48,365 nucleotides of DNA from Promethearchaeia archaeon (GTDB lineage Archaea; Asgardarchaeota; Lokiarchaeia; Sigyniarchaeales; SOKP01). The notes under the pieces are model-generated. The model saw only the letters and a list, made by a program, of their open reading frames with translations. It made no database searches and had not been told where the DNA came from. Of the stretch, positions 1 through 10,232 are shown piece by piece (within the stretch, counting starts at the first letter, position 1; every line of letters starts with the position of its first letter). The stretch spans positions 1-48,365 of the forward strand of contig JAHQWL010000033.1 of assembly GCA_029856155.1 (NCBI GenBank), given 5' to 3'. The position numbers were made by a program, and so were the translations under genes.

Positions 1-57
1 GAGTTAGAGATATTATATTGGGCATTATTAGCTAGCTCTCAATATCCGTCTATCTAA
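1..57 (+). CDS. possible 3' end of a gene entering the window (ELEILYWALLASSQYPSI*)
   Basis: Frame +1 is open from base 1 to TAA at 55-57; too short to identify. Confidence 0.3.
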   Translation, partial: ELEILYWALLASSQYPSI

Positions 58-141
58 AATTAGTGAATTATTTTAACTAGTATTAGGTTTCAACTCAATA
101 AAAACAGGATTTGAAAAACTTAGTCAAAATTAAAATTATTA

Positions 142-753
142 TTATTTCTCAGTTAATTCGAAAATAGTGAGAAGAAACTTTTTCACAGTAGGTATCACTT
201 TCCCTTTTTTAACCGATTCATTCCATTTTATTATTACCTCATGATTATTTTTCAGATCATTCAAAGTGTTTTTACCTAACTGAATCCAATATTTTGTATC
301 AATTAGAGGTGCTTCATTATTAATTCCGGGACAATATTGTTTTCCCTTTTCAGTGTAAAATATATTTATTAAATTATTAGTTTCGCCTTTCTTCTCCTCT
401 AAAACTTTAAATGAAAATGGGAACGTTCGACAAAACATCGGCCTTAAGTTATAAATTAAACATTTCTTTTTTTCTGAACTATAAAAATAACAACCCCCCA
501 GACTGTTTTTGAGAAGGCCAACAAAAGCTAAACCTTGTTCTGTTTCTATAGGAGTAATAATCATTCTTTTTTTATCTTCATTAGTTAATGATTTTTCAAA
601 AATAAAAAATCCTAATATATCAACTACTTCATCAATATCTAGATCTAAACCTTTCTTAATTCTTAAAATATCTAAATATGTTAAAGTTACTAAAGTATTT
701 TTATCAGTACAGCAGTTACCACATCTAATGCAAGCAAATCTTAATTTTTTCAT
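142..753 (-). CDS. YkgJ-family CxxCxxCC zinc/Fe-S cluster protein
   Basis: FACIRCGNCC at the N-terminus, then GCYFY...CLIYNLRPMFCRTFPF and YCPG, the typical family pattern. Confidence 0.85.
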   Translation of the reverse strand: MKKLRFACIRCGNCCTDKNTLVTLTYLDILRIKKGLDLDIDEVVDILGFFIFEKSLTNEDKKRMIITPIETEQGLAFVGLLKNSLGGCYFYSSEKKKCLIYNLRPMFCRTFPFSFKVLEEKKGETNNLINIFYTEKGKQYCPGINNEAPLIDTKYWIQLGKNTLNDLKNNHEVIIKWNESVKKGKVIPTVKKFLLTIFELTEK

Positions 754-810
754 GTCATTTACAGAAAAAATAAGTGAAAAATAATAACAATTGAATTTTT
801 ATTAAGTAAT

Positions 811-3800
811 TTAATTACTTAATGGTATAATTAATTTTTGTTTGAGTAATGATTCAATTGCTTCGATAATTAAATCCTTATTTTCTTCGCTAACTAATTC
901 GACTATATTATTTAGATCAGCAATTTTATTATCTTCTGACATTGATTGAATAACATTTATTACTCGCATTTCCATCTTAGTTAATTTTCTTTCTTTTTTC
1001 ATAGTAATGAGGTTGATATCCTCCGATAATATAAATGAATCCTTGTAATATAGCTCAAAATATTCATTCAATATTTCTGGAACTAATATTTGAAAATCAT
1101 CTAAAGATCCATCCCAATCTTCTAATTTATTAGAAAGTTTTAGATTTAATGCTAAAATGAGATGAGAAATTTGACTTTTCAATCTTTCAGAGGAACGTTC
1201 TTTCAAAATAAAAACAGTTCGAATTTCTTCAATATCGGCAATTAAACAATAGAATTGCTTAAAATCTAATTCAATCATTTTTTCAATACCATACCCTTTA
1301 TCAAGTTCAGTAGATTCTAGCTCATTAATCTCTTTATCAATAAATTCTTCACCAATTGTAGTAATTGCTTGAATAAATCCTGAAAAAAGTTCTTTTTTAT
1401 GTTTCTCAAGAATTGAATAACTTTTCGAGTAAATTGGGATCCCACTTAACTTATGAACTACTACAATAGCTTGAATATTTTTGAGATCTTTAAATCTTTG
1501 AGTTTTCGAGAGTAACTCAGCTTCTTTTCTACGTCTTCTTGGTAAGAATACATAGGATCTTAAACTTAAAGCTCCGAGAGCACTAGCAACAATTAATAAT
1601 ACACCTATGATAATCCATAGTAAATAATTAGGGAGTCCTGATCCATTCACAGTAGGTTCTGCAATAACAACGATAAAAGAATATTGTAGAGTCTTATATA
1701 TTGAATTTTCAGGAGTAATTATAAGATTAAATTTAAAATTACCTTGTAAATTGTCGGGCAAATCAATAAGGACTTGATATAATTCAGATGTTGTTTCATT
1801 TAATGTACCTATTCCATATTCCCATGAATAACTTATATAAGCATGTTCTATAGAAATATTTGTTTTTGGGTCCAATAATTGTATCTGAATATTAATAGTT
1901 TCTCCGATTTCTGTTTCAATTGAATCCTCAAAACCAATAGGATTCAAGCGAAGTCCGATTTGAGTGATTAGTATTTGAAATGAAAAAACCGTCGTTGAGT
2001 AATTCTCCTTTTGAAATCTCAAATAAACATAATTAACTCCTAATGAAAAAATAGTAGGTGAACAAGAAATTGAAGTGTTATACCAATAATTTGCATAACC
2101 AGTACAGTTTTTTTCGTAATCACTGGCAACAAAAGTCATTAAACCATCTGCTAAATAAACCATTTCTGAGGTTGCCAAACTTTGGGCTGAAATTGAAAAA
2201 TCATCATTAAAGTCTAATTCTAATAGATAATTTTCAGTTACCTTCTCTGAATCTATCAGTACAGTCAAATTTATTTTTTGAGCACTAATTAAAAATTGAA
2301 ACGAAAATATATCAGTAGTATAATTTTCTAATTCAAATTTTAAATAAACGTAATTAATACCCGGATTAAAATATGAACCAGAAATCTCAATTGAAGTATT
2401 ATACCATAAAACTGTTGTTTCTTTTAACTCCTTATTAAAATTATCCTTAATAAATGTAACATTTGCTCCTGATAAATAGACTTTTTCACCGTTAGCATAT
2501 ACTCTAGCAGAAATATTTACCTCTTCCTTGAAAGTTAATTCTTTAATAGAATACTCAGCAATCTCTTTACCATTAACTAATGTTGATATATTAACAGTTT
2601 GCGCACTGATTAACAACTGAAATCCAAAGTTCTTTATCTGATAATTCTCTTGTTCAAATCTGATATATACAAAATTTAATCCTGCAGTAAAATTTGTACT
2701 AGTTATCGGAATTGTATCATTAAACCAAGCATTTCCCCCTTCGATAATAATCTTGTAATAATAATTAGAATTCCAAGTAATATTTCCACCTGTAAGATAT
2801 TTGCTATCAGTCTGACCGAAAATTCTAACAGATACATCGATATCTTCTTTGAACATAACTTCAATTAAAGAGTTTTCTTGGATTTTTTGAGAATTAATAT
2901 AAACTGAGATATTGACATTTTGTTCACTAATGAGTACCTGGAATCCAAAATTCGTAATTTGATAATTTTCTTGCTCAAACTTGATATATACAAAATTTAA
3001 TCCTGCAGTAAAATTTGTACTAGTTATCGGAATTGTATCATTAAACCAAGCATTTCCCCCTTCGATAATATTTTTGCGATAATAATTAGAATTCCAAGTA
3101 ACATTCCCACCTGTGAGATAAGAATTATCAATATTACCAAAGATCCTTATGGAGATATTTACATCTTCTTTAAAGACAGCCTCAATTAGTGAGTTCTCTT
3201 GGATCTTTTGAGAATTAATATAAACAGAGATATTTACAGATTGTTCAATTATCTCAAATTGAAAGATTGCGTTCTGAATTTCAAAAGCTAGAGCCGAGAA
3301 ATTCAATTTTATTTGATATGTTCCCAAATCATTAATATATGAAGTATCAAATTCGATTGTATAATTTCCATCAAAATGGTCGATTATATTATAATATTTA
3401 GTGTCAATGTTTACATTTACTTTCGCTCCTAAAATACCATCCCCTATAGAATCTGTATAGCTATACTTAATCGTACCGTTATCATTTAATTCAATATAAT
3501 ATTCTGAATCTAAACGTAATAAGTTAGTTTCTTCTAATAATATGATTTTTAATGTCATATTATAGGTTTTAAATCCAATCTTAGAACAACTAATTAATAT
3601 CTCATAAAAACCATTTTGTCCTAATTGAGAAGAATTCAAAATTGTATCATAGATTCCTAAAGATACTTCTTCAAACCTTATTAATTCAGTCGATAAATTG
3701 TAAGTAATAAGCGCATTGGAGATTTGTTTATTATTTTCAAAATCCATTAATTGAATCCTTAATGGAATAAGATCGCCAAAAAATGCTTCTGTAATTAAAT

Positions 3801-5976
3801 CTGAAATAGCATCTTTAGGTTGTAATAATATTAGTGAACTTTGATGATTAACAATGAAACTTGATTTTAAACCTCCTAATGCTGTACCATTACTCCAAAA
3901 TAGAGTGTATTCATAAAGACCTCCAGTTGTATTAATTGCACCAAAAGTAATTTCTGAAAAAGTAACATTTCCATTCACAGGAGATTTACTCTCTGTAAAG
4001 AAAATTGTTCCATTAGGATGATAAATTGTGAGATGTATTTCTCCAATATCATTTGGTATTCTAGTCTTATAATTTAGCAAAGTTGTTATTTGAGTAGACT
4101 CTCCCGTACTGAAGTTAGCAGTTTCAATCCATTGATTTTCTTTAAATAATTTTGTATTAGAAGAATTTAAATAATTTGGTGAAGAAGCTTTAAAATACCA
4201 CCATCCTGGAAAAATAGCATAAGTTTTATTAATCTTTAAGTAGGAATCTCCTACTTTTCCTTTCTCAAATGGAATGTTTTGTAAGGTTGAATCTTTTACA
4301 TTTAAAAATTCCCATTCCAATGGTTTTTCAATTATAAAATTGTTATCAGAATATTCAACTGGTACATATAAATTGTGATAAAATTCCCAATATATAGTAC
4401 CATTATTTAGTATTTTATAATTTACACCTTCTATGCCTTGTTGATTTACCGCTGAAATTGTTTTGTGATTTCCATAAATTGTAGTATTCATGTCAAATAT
4501 TAAATAAGGTGAAGAACAATTTAGAGTAAGGATTATTGGATTAGAATCCCACGTGTGTTTTAGAGTTTTATTCGAATATCCCCAAACTTCTTGATCACCA
4601 AAATTATTACCATTTATTTTTAAATCGATACCACTCTGGGATGAATTTGCCATTGTAGTTACTGTGAGAGAAATATTATCGAAATAAATTATATTCATTA
4701 GTCCTTCATTAGTTACTCCTGTATATGTATAACCTGCTCCGATCATAAATCCTAATGAAATATTAAATTCTTGTTGGTAAATATTTTTATTAAATATTTT
4801 AGTAAGATTATCCCATGAGTCTGTAAAACGTCTACCTGAAGTGAGCCATTTTCTTTTTCCTAATTCCGTAACGTCTAACATTCCTTTAGAAAATATTTTT
4901 TGATCATTTAATTTAACGTAAAAGTAATGATCATTGGTAGGTAGAGCATATTGGCAATAATAATCGAAACTTAAATAAGCTTCAACAACAGGTCCACTTG
5001 GAATTGTAAAGTTTTGATAAACTTCTGAGAAAGCACCTGTATCATAACTAAATACGTCTGGTGTGTCAGGATCATGTGCTCCCATTAATGCTACAAACAT
5101 TGCAGTTGTGTTCTTTACTTCAGCTGTTCCATGATAATTAAAGCCATCTGATTCTCCCACACCTCCACTAACAGATTGATATTTGAATCCCCACTCATTA
5201 GAATTAATGTCCCAATTTGACGTAGAATTCACATATTCATAATAATCTATTTCATATCCAAAATATTCGATTGACCCATCTGATTCATATAAAAATGCAA
5301 TCGTATCTCCGTGAATCCATGGAGAATAAAAATCATTATCTCCACTTGAATTTATATAATAAATATAATATGAACCATTACAAATATATAAGAAATCAAA
5401 ATCGGGTTCAAATGCTACTTTTCGAAAATGAACTCGGATAAAATTGGCTCCAGGAACAGTTATTTCATTATCAACATCAGGACCAGGGTTATTCCAATTT
5501 ACACTATGACTCGTGTCATAATGGGGATACGTGCTATAATTTTCATATACTCTATATATTATAGGTGAGAAAAATCCCGAATTATTTATCCAATTTCGTT
5601 TGTCTTGAATATTTTTTATCGATGTTTCTATTTTTGATGCTTCCCAATCATGAACGTCATCTAAATTATACGTAACATTCAGCTTTTCTTGATTTTCTAA
5701 AGAGATGTGATGATTTTTATTATAGAGATTACCATAATCAGTTATATTTAGAGGAGGTTCAGTTCCTTGAAAAAAATATGATTCTTCATTAGCATTTTTC
5801 AATGTTGGATTATAAAATTCAAAAGTATCTAAAGAGTTATTGATACAATTATGAGTTAGTCTTGGAATGAAAATTGAACAGATATTAAATAATAAAGTCA
5901 AAAAGAAAATGCAAGCTATTAATTTTAACTTATTAGCCTTCTTTTTAAAAATACCGTTTAAAATACCTCTGTACAA
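811..5976 (-). CDS. Large single-pass membrane protein: N-terminal signal/TM, CUB-like domain, beta-rich repeats, TM helix, cytoplasmic longin-like domain and short helical (possibly winged-helix) tail
   Basis: Hydrophobic LIACIFFLTLLFNICSIFI; CUB-like ITVPGANFIRVHF...EPDFDFLYI...SDGSIEYFGY; TM YLLWIIIGVLLIVASALGALSL followed by RRRRK; longin-like IQAIVVVHKLSGIPIYSKSY...LFSGFIQAITTIGEE. TTG start with upstream AAGGGGA. Confidence 0.8.
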   Translation of the reverse strand: MYRGILNGIFKKKANKLKLIACIFFLTLLFNICSIFIPRLTHNCINNSLDTFEFYNPTLKNANEESYFFQGTEPPLNITDYGNLYNKNHHISLENQEKLNVTYNLDDVHDWEASKIETSIKNIQDKRNWINNSGFFSPIIYRVYENYSTYPHYDTSHSVNWNNPGPDVDNEITVPGANFIRVHFRKVAFEPDFDFLYICNGSYYIYYINSSGDNDFYSPWIHGDTIAFLYESDGSIEYFGYEIDYYEYVNSTSNWDINSNEWGFKYQSVSGGVGESDGFNYHGTAEVKNTTAMFVALMGAHDPDTPDVFSYDTGAFSEVYQNFTIPSGPVVEAYLSFDYYCQYALPTNDHYFYVKLNDQKIFSKGMLDVTELGKRKWLTSGRRFTDSWDNLTKIFNKNIYQQEFNISLGFMIGAGYTYTGVTNEGLMNIIYFDNISLTVTTMANSSQSGIDLKINGNNFGDQEVWGYSNKTLKHTWDSNPIILTLNCSSPYLIFDMNTTIYGNHKTISAVNQQGIEGVNYKILNNGTIYWEFYHNLYVPVEYSDNNFIIEKPLEWEFLNVKDSTLQNIPFEKGKVGDSYLKINKTYAIFPGWWYFKASSPNYLNSSNTKLFKENQWIETANFSTGESTQITTLLNYKTRIPNDIGEIHLTIYHPNGTIFFTESKSPVNGNVTFSEITFGAINTTGGLYEYTLFWSNGTALGGLKSSFIVNHQSSLILLQPKDAISDLITEAFFGDLIPLRIQLMDFENNKQISNALITYNLSTELIRFEEVSLGIYDTILNSSQLGQNGFYEILISCSKIGFKTYNMTLKIILLEETNLLRLDSEYYIELNDNGTIKYSYTDSIGDGILGAKVNVNIDTKYYNIIDHFDGNYTIEFDTSYINDLGTYQIKLNFSALAFEIQNAIFQFEIIEQSVNISVYINSQKIQENSLIEAVFKEDVNISIRIFGNIDNSYLTGGNVTWNSNYYRKNIIEGGNAWFNDTIPITSTNFTAGLNFVYIKFEQENYQITNFGFQVLISEQNVNISVYINSQKIQENSLIEVMFKEDIDVSVRIFGQTDSKYLTGGNITWNSNYYYKIIIEGGNAWFNDTIPITSTNFTAGLNFVYIRFEQENYQIKNFGFQLLISAQTVNISTLVNGKEIAEYSIKELTFKEEVNISARVYANGEKVYLSGANVTFIKDNFNKELKETTVLWYNTSIEISGSYFNPGINYVYLKFELENYTTDIFSFQFLISAQKINLTVLIDSEKVTENYLLELDFNDDFSISAQSLATSEMVYLADGLMTFVASDYEKNCTGYANYWYNTSISCSPTIFSLGVNYVYLRFQKENYSTTVFSFQILITQIGLRLNPIGFEDSIETEIGETINIQIQLLDPKTNISIEHAYISYSWEYGIGTLNETTSELYQVLIDLPDNLQGNFKFNLIITPENSIYKTLQYSFIVVIAEPTVNGSGLPNYLLWIIIGVLLIVASALGALSLRSYVFLPRRRRKEAELLSKTQRFKDLKNIQAIVVVHKLSGIPIYSKSYSILEKHKKELFSGFIQAITTIGEEFIDKEINELESTELDKGYGIEKMIELDFKQFYCLIADIEEIRTVFILKERSSERLKSQISHLILALNLKLSNKLEDWDGSLDDFQILVPEILNEYFELYYKDSFILSEDINLITMKKERKLTKMEMRVINVIQSMSEDNKIADLNNIVELVSEENKDLIIEAIESLLKQKLIIPLSN
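1965..3250 (-). repeat. Four tandem ~107-aa (321-bp) extracellular repeats inside the large membrane protein
   Basis: Units begin EQSVNISVYINSQKIQEN / EQNVNISVYINSQKIQEN / AQTVNISTLVNGKEIAEY / AQKINLTVLIDSEKVTEN; bases 2661-2749 are identical to 2982-3070 (89 bp, period 321). Confidence 0.9.
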
Positions 5977-6103
5977 AAAAATCCCCTTATAAAAAGATAT
6001 TAATAAATCCGATTATGTAATAAAAATAAAGTTTCATAAATTTAAATGATTGTTTTAAATTTTTTAAAATAGATTTTTGAAGAATTAGGTCAAAAATTGT
6101 TAT

Positions 6104-6418
6104 TTAATTCGGCAAGAATTCTTCTTTTAAATCTTCAATAATAGATCTTTTATCTCTTTCTGAGATTCGATTTATGTTGACACCACGATTATTGTAAGTA
6201 TCAGGAGGGATATCCTTAAATAGAGATAATAATAAAATGAGGGCATTTGTTACTAAAGTCCGATTATGAGTACGTTCAAGATATTTCATAAGCTCTATTA
6301 TAGACTTACTTTTCCAAATTTCTGTCTCCTCTTGGCTAATTTTCTCTTTTTGGAAAAAATCAATAATTTTCAAATAACACTCTATTTCCAAATCATCGCT
6401 ATTAATGTTGATCTTCAT
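6104..6418 (-). CDS. hypothetical protein
   Basis: 104-aa ATG ORF with normal composition; no motif recognised. Confidence 0.65.
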   Translation of the reverse strand: MKININSDDLEIECYLKIIDFFQKEKISQEETEIWKSKSIIELMKYLERTHNRTLVTNALILLLSLFKDIPPDTYNNRGVNINRISERDKRSIIEDLKEEFLPN

Positions 6419-6839
6419 CTTTCCCTAGGTTTTTTTTTATTCTAATTATTTAAACTTAAAACTTATTTTTAAGCTCACTTATTTAATTGATTTTTTGTTC
6501 TGATATTTCGCACAAATTTATTATATATTATATTTATTCAACCCAAAGTACATACAAATCTTAATTCTCGAATGAAAATATTTTGTGTGTAAAAAAATTT
6601 ATAGTATCTTAATATTAAATCTTCCAGCTATTTTATCTTCCAGTATAATATATGGATATCATTTCAATTCAAAAAAACAAGAATTTATTAAAAAATGACG
6701 ACAAAAAAGATTTTAATTAAACCTTCTGTGAGAAATTTACAAAAAGAGATTATCAATCAAATTTACTAGAAACGATTATAAAACTAGATATATCAGAATG
6801 CTTTTAGTATTGAATATAGCTAAAAAAAGAGAAAAGGTT

Positions 6840-7949
6840 TTAGATTTTCCACTTTCCTTCTTCATAGATAACTTTATCATCAGCTAATATTTTTGAACCT
6901 TTTAGTTTCATATCTTTCAAAATATCCCAATGTATCCCACATTTATTTTTTGAACCTGCTTCCTCAATTCCAGATCCAAGGGCACAATGAATTGGCCCTC
7001 CCAATTTTTCATCGAAAAGCATATTTTTCGTAAATTGAGTTATACCATAATTAGTTCCAATAGCAAATTCACCCAATATATCAGCATTTTCAATTTTTAA
7101 TAATTCAATTAATAATTCTTCGCCCTTATCTGCTGTGGATTCTATTACTTTTCCATCCTTGAACTCTAAATATATATTCTGGATTTCTTTACCCTGATAT
7201 ATGCCAGGATATGTAAACCGAATATGACCACTTACAGAATTCTCAATCGGTGCAGTATATATCTCACCAGCAGGTAAATTAATATGACCACAATCATTTA
7301 GCCAAAGTCTCCCTTTAACAGACATTGTTAAATCAGTATCTTCACCAATTATTTGAATTTTCTCAGTATCTTTTAAGTGTTTACAGATTTCATCCTGTTT
7401 TTTCTCCATCGCTAGCCATTCTTTAACGGGGTCTTCTTGATCTAGGAATAATGCTTTCTTTATAAACTCAAAATAAGAGAATAAATCCATATTAGCTTCT
7501 TGGGCAAATGAATTGCATGGAAATGGTAATAGAAGATATTTTAATTCTTTTTTACCCATTCTTTCCATCAAGATGCCCCAAAGCTCTCTATTAGCGGGTG
7601 ATCCTTGAACTTTTGTTATTAATTTTGGATCAACTAAACTCATTTTACGGGTATTATAATCTCCAGATATTACAATATATGAATCAAATTCTTTCATAAT
7701 CGATTTTTGAATAGGATCTATATAAAGTAATTGTTCTTCAGATGAGTATTTCAATCTTAATTCTTGAATTCCTTCAATTTGAACATTAAGAAGAGGATGA
7801 CCTCCAGCTTTGATAATTTCGATATACATAGCTTGAAAAAGCTCTTCTGCTAAAGCAGGACCTGTAATGAAGATTCTCTCTCCCTTCTTTACGTTAACAG
7901 CATGATTAATTGCTATTTTTGCTAATTTTTTATAAAAAGTATTAATCAT
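6840..7949 (-). CDS. Aminopeptidase, peptidase family M29 (AmpS/PepS/AmpT type)
   Basis: NLPAGEIYTAP, GEFAIGTN, LFDEKLGGPIHCALG and IHWD metal-ligand motifs. Confidence 0.92.
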   Translation of the reverse strand: MINTFYKKLAKIAINHAVNVKKGERIFITGPALAEELFQAMYIEIIKAGGHPLLNVQIEGIQELRLKYSSEEQLLYIDPIQKSIMKEFDSYIVISGDYNTRKMSLVDPKLITKVQGSPANRELWGILMERMGKKELKYLLLPFPCNSFAQEANMDLFSYFEFIKKALFLDQEDPVKEWLAMEKKQDEICKHLKDTEKIQIIGEDTDLTMSVKGRLWLNDCGHINLPAGEIYTAPIENSVSGHIRFTYPGIYQGKEIQNIYLEFKDGKVIESTADKGEELLIELLKIENADILGEFAIGTNYGITQFTKNMLFDEKLGGPIHCALGSGIEEAGSKNKCGIHWDILKDMKLKGSKILADDKVIYEEGKWKI

Positions 7950-8048
7950 AATTAACCTAATTTTTCATCTTATTTTTATATTTATAAAAATTATATCCTT
8001 AAATAATTTAAACGAGTATTAGAATTGTCATATTATAATTTTAAAAAT

Positions 8049-8054
8049 AGGTGA
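8049..8054 (+). promoter_or_regulatory. Shine-Dalgarno-like AGGTGA upstream of acxA
   Basis: AGGTGA 6 nt before ATG 8061; GGAGGT motifs also precede acxB and acxC. Confidence 0.6.
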
Positions 8055-8060
8055 AATTTT

Positions 8061-10232
8061 ATGTCGAAATCAAAAAAACTAGTGGCTATGGCTTTTGATA
8101 CAGGAGGAACAATGTCAGATACTTTTATAATTGATGAGGGAGGAGATTTTATCGTAGGAAAAGCTCAAACAACACCAGATAACGAATCTGAGGGTATCTT
8201 AAATTCTGTTGGAGATGCATTGCAACAATGGAATACTTCTATAGGAGTATCTGGTCATTCTATAGAGGCATTAGTGTATTCTGGTACTGCTATGGTAAAT
8301 AGACTTTTAGAGCGACAAGGTAATAGTAACATAGGGGTAATTGTTAATGCGGGATTTGAGGATTTGCATAGACTTGGTCGAGCTTTACAATGTTGGATCT
8401 ATTTAGACTATGGAGGGCGTTTACATGCTAGAGAACACGAACATCCAGAACCATTAATACCAAGAAAACAAATTAAAGGTGTTCGTGGGAGAATAAATTT
8501 CTGGGGAGATGAATTGATACCTCTTTACAAAGAGGAAGCTAAGAAAGCTGTTGAAGAATTACTTGATATGAATGTAGACAGTATTTGTGTATGTTTGCTT
8601 TGTTCATACATGAATTCTAGCCATGAATTACAAGTAAAAATGATAGCTGAAAAGATAATGAAGGAAAAAGGAAAAGAGATTCCTATTATTTTATCATGTG
8701 AACACAACCCTGTGAGAGGTGAAACTCCAAGATTAAATGCTCTTATTATTGAACAATATGCTGCTGAACCTTCAAGAAAACAATTAATAAAAATTGCTAA
8801 AACAATGAAACAGAAGGGCATTTCTGCTCCCTTAAGAATCCTTACAACATATGGGGGAACAATATCTCCTTATCATAAAACTCTTATACCAACTATGGTT
8901 TCAGGTCCAATTGGTGGAATGATTGGAACTCAATTTATTGCTAGGGAATATGGAATAAAAAATTTAGTTTCCTCTGATGTTGGTGGCACTAGTTTTGATG
9001 TAGGTTTAGTGATGGAAAGATATGTACCAACTAAATGGGAGAGTTCTATGGGGAGATTTATTTTAAATATCCCTATGATCGCTTTAGATTCAATAGGCGC
9101 TGGGACAGGTATGTACGTAAAATACAACGAAATTTCAGGGCGGTTGGAATTTGGTCCTGAAAGTGCTGGTTATAAAATAGGTGTTTGTAATGAAGAATCT
9201 GATGTAGAAACCGTTACAATGACAGATTGTAGTTTAATATTGGGATATCTTAATCCAGAGTATTTTCTAGGTGGTAAAATTTTATTGAATAAGGATCGAG
9301 CTTTTAAATTTATTAGAGAACAACTGGCAGAACCTTTTAAAGCAGATCCTTATGACACAGCTCGAGGTGCTTTAGATCTCATTGAGATTAATATGAAAAA
9401 CCATCTCAATGGAATGATCCAAGGATTAGGATTTAGACCCGAAAATTACACATTAATATCATTTGGTGGGGGAGGTCCTTTACACGTAGCGGGATATTCA
9501 AGAGGTTTAAACTTTCAGAATATATTGATACCAGAATGGGCTCCTGCATTCTCCGCTTTTGGATGTGCCTGTGCAGACCATTCATATAGACATGAAAAAT
9601 CGGTAGATTTAGTTATACCACCAGATGGAAGTATGATAGGTTTTGTTGCTTCTATACTTAGCTCAACTTGGAATGAATTAAAAAATAGTATAATCAAAGA
9701 ATTTGAGGCTGAAGGAAGAGATCCTAGTGAAATGATTTTCAAACCATCTCTACGTCTACAATATTTCGGAATGTTAGATGATCTAGAAGTCCAATCTCCA
9801 GTAGAAGAATTAACTATTGATTATTCATCTGAACTTCAAAGATATGATTCAACTGAGCTAGAGGATATTACTCATCGTTATGATGATCTTTTTGAACAAA
9901 TTTTTAAAAGGGGAACTAAAAGCCCGGAGTTAGGTTATCATGTAACTAAATGTATCGGTACAGGAATAGTACCAGTACCTAAACCCAAGTTACCTGAACA
10001 TAAAATGGGTAAAGAAGAACCAAATATCATCGCATCTAAAGGAACAAGGGATATTTATTGGGAAAATAATTGGCATGGAGCTTCAATATGGGAGATGGCT
10101 TTACTTAATTCAGGGAATGTTATACAAGGGCCTGCGATTGTTGAAGCACCAGCTACAACTCTAGTCGTCCCTCCAGGTTATAAAGTTAAAATTGATAATC
10201 ATAGAATATTCCATATGGAGGTAAAATCATAA
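8061..10232 (+). CDS. acxA: Acetone carboxylase beta subunit (hydantoinase/oxoprolinase A family, ATP-binding)
   Basis: DTGGTMSD, GKAQTTP, YSGTAMVNRLLER, SGPIGG, SDVGGTSFD, DSIGAGTG; operon with alpha and gamma subunits. Confidence 0.88.
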   Translation: MSKSKKLVAMAFDTGGTMSDTFIIDEGGDFIVGKAQTTPDNESEGILNSVGDALQQWNTSIGVSGHSIEALVYSGTAMVNRLLERQGNSNIGVIVNAGFEDLHRLGRALQCWIYLDYGGRLHAREHEHPEPLIPRKQIKGVRGRINFWGDELIPLYKEEAKKAVEELLDMNVDSICVCLLCSYMNSSHELQVKMIAEKIMKEKGKEIPIILSCEHNPVRGETPRLNALIIEQYAAEPSRKQLIKIAKTMKQKGISAPLRILTTYGGTISPYHKTLIPTMVSGPIGGMIGTQFIAREYGIKNLVSSDVGGTSFDVGLVMERYVPTKWESSMGRFILNIPMIALDSIGAGTGMYVKYNEISGRLEFGPESAGYKIGVCNEESDVETVTMTDCSLILGYLNPEYFLGGKILLNKDRAFKFIREQLAEPFKADPYDTARGALDLIEINMKNHLNGMIQGLGFRPENYTLISFGGGGPLHVAGYSRGLNFQNILIPEWAPAFSAFGCACADHSYRHEKSVDLVIPPDGSMIGFVASILSSTWNELKNSIIKEFEAEGRDPSEMIFKPSLRLQYFGMLDDLEVQSPVEELTIDYSSELQRYDSTELEDITHRYDDLFEQIFKRGTKSPELGYHVTKCIGTGIVPVPKPKLPEHKMGKEEPNIIASKGTRDIYWENNWHGASIWEMALLNSGNVIQGPAIVEAPATTLVVPPGYKVKIDNHRIFHMEVKS

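Noticed and set aside
509-784. Antisense and alternate-frame ORFs in the track (e.g. 509-784, 8525-8821, 15296-15634, 33090-33428, 35619-36023, 46959-47294)
   Set aside because: They overlap well-supported genes and show no recognisable motifs; they are shadow ORFs.
6420-6839. Possible gene remnant or ncRNA in this intergenic region
   Set aside because: The frames I translated are interrupted and unrecognisable; only a short TCTTCCAG direct repeat was seen.
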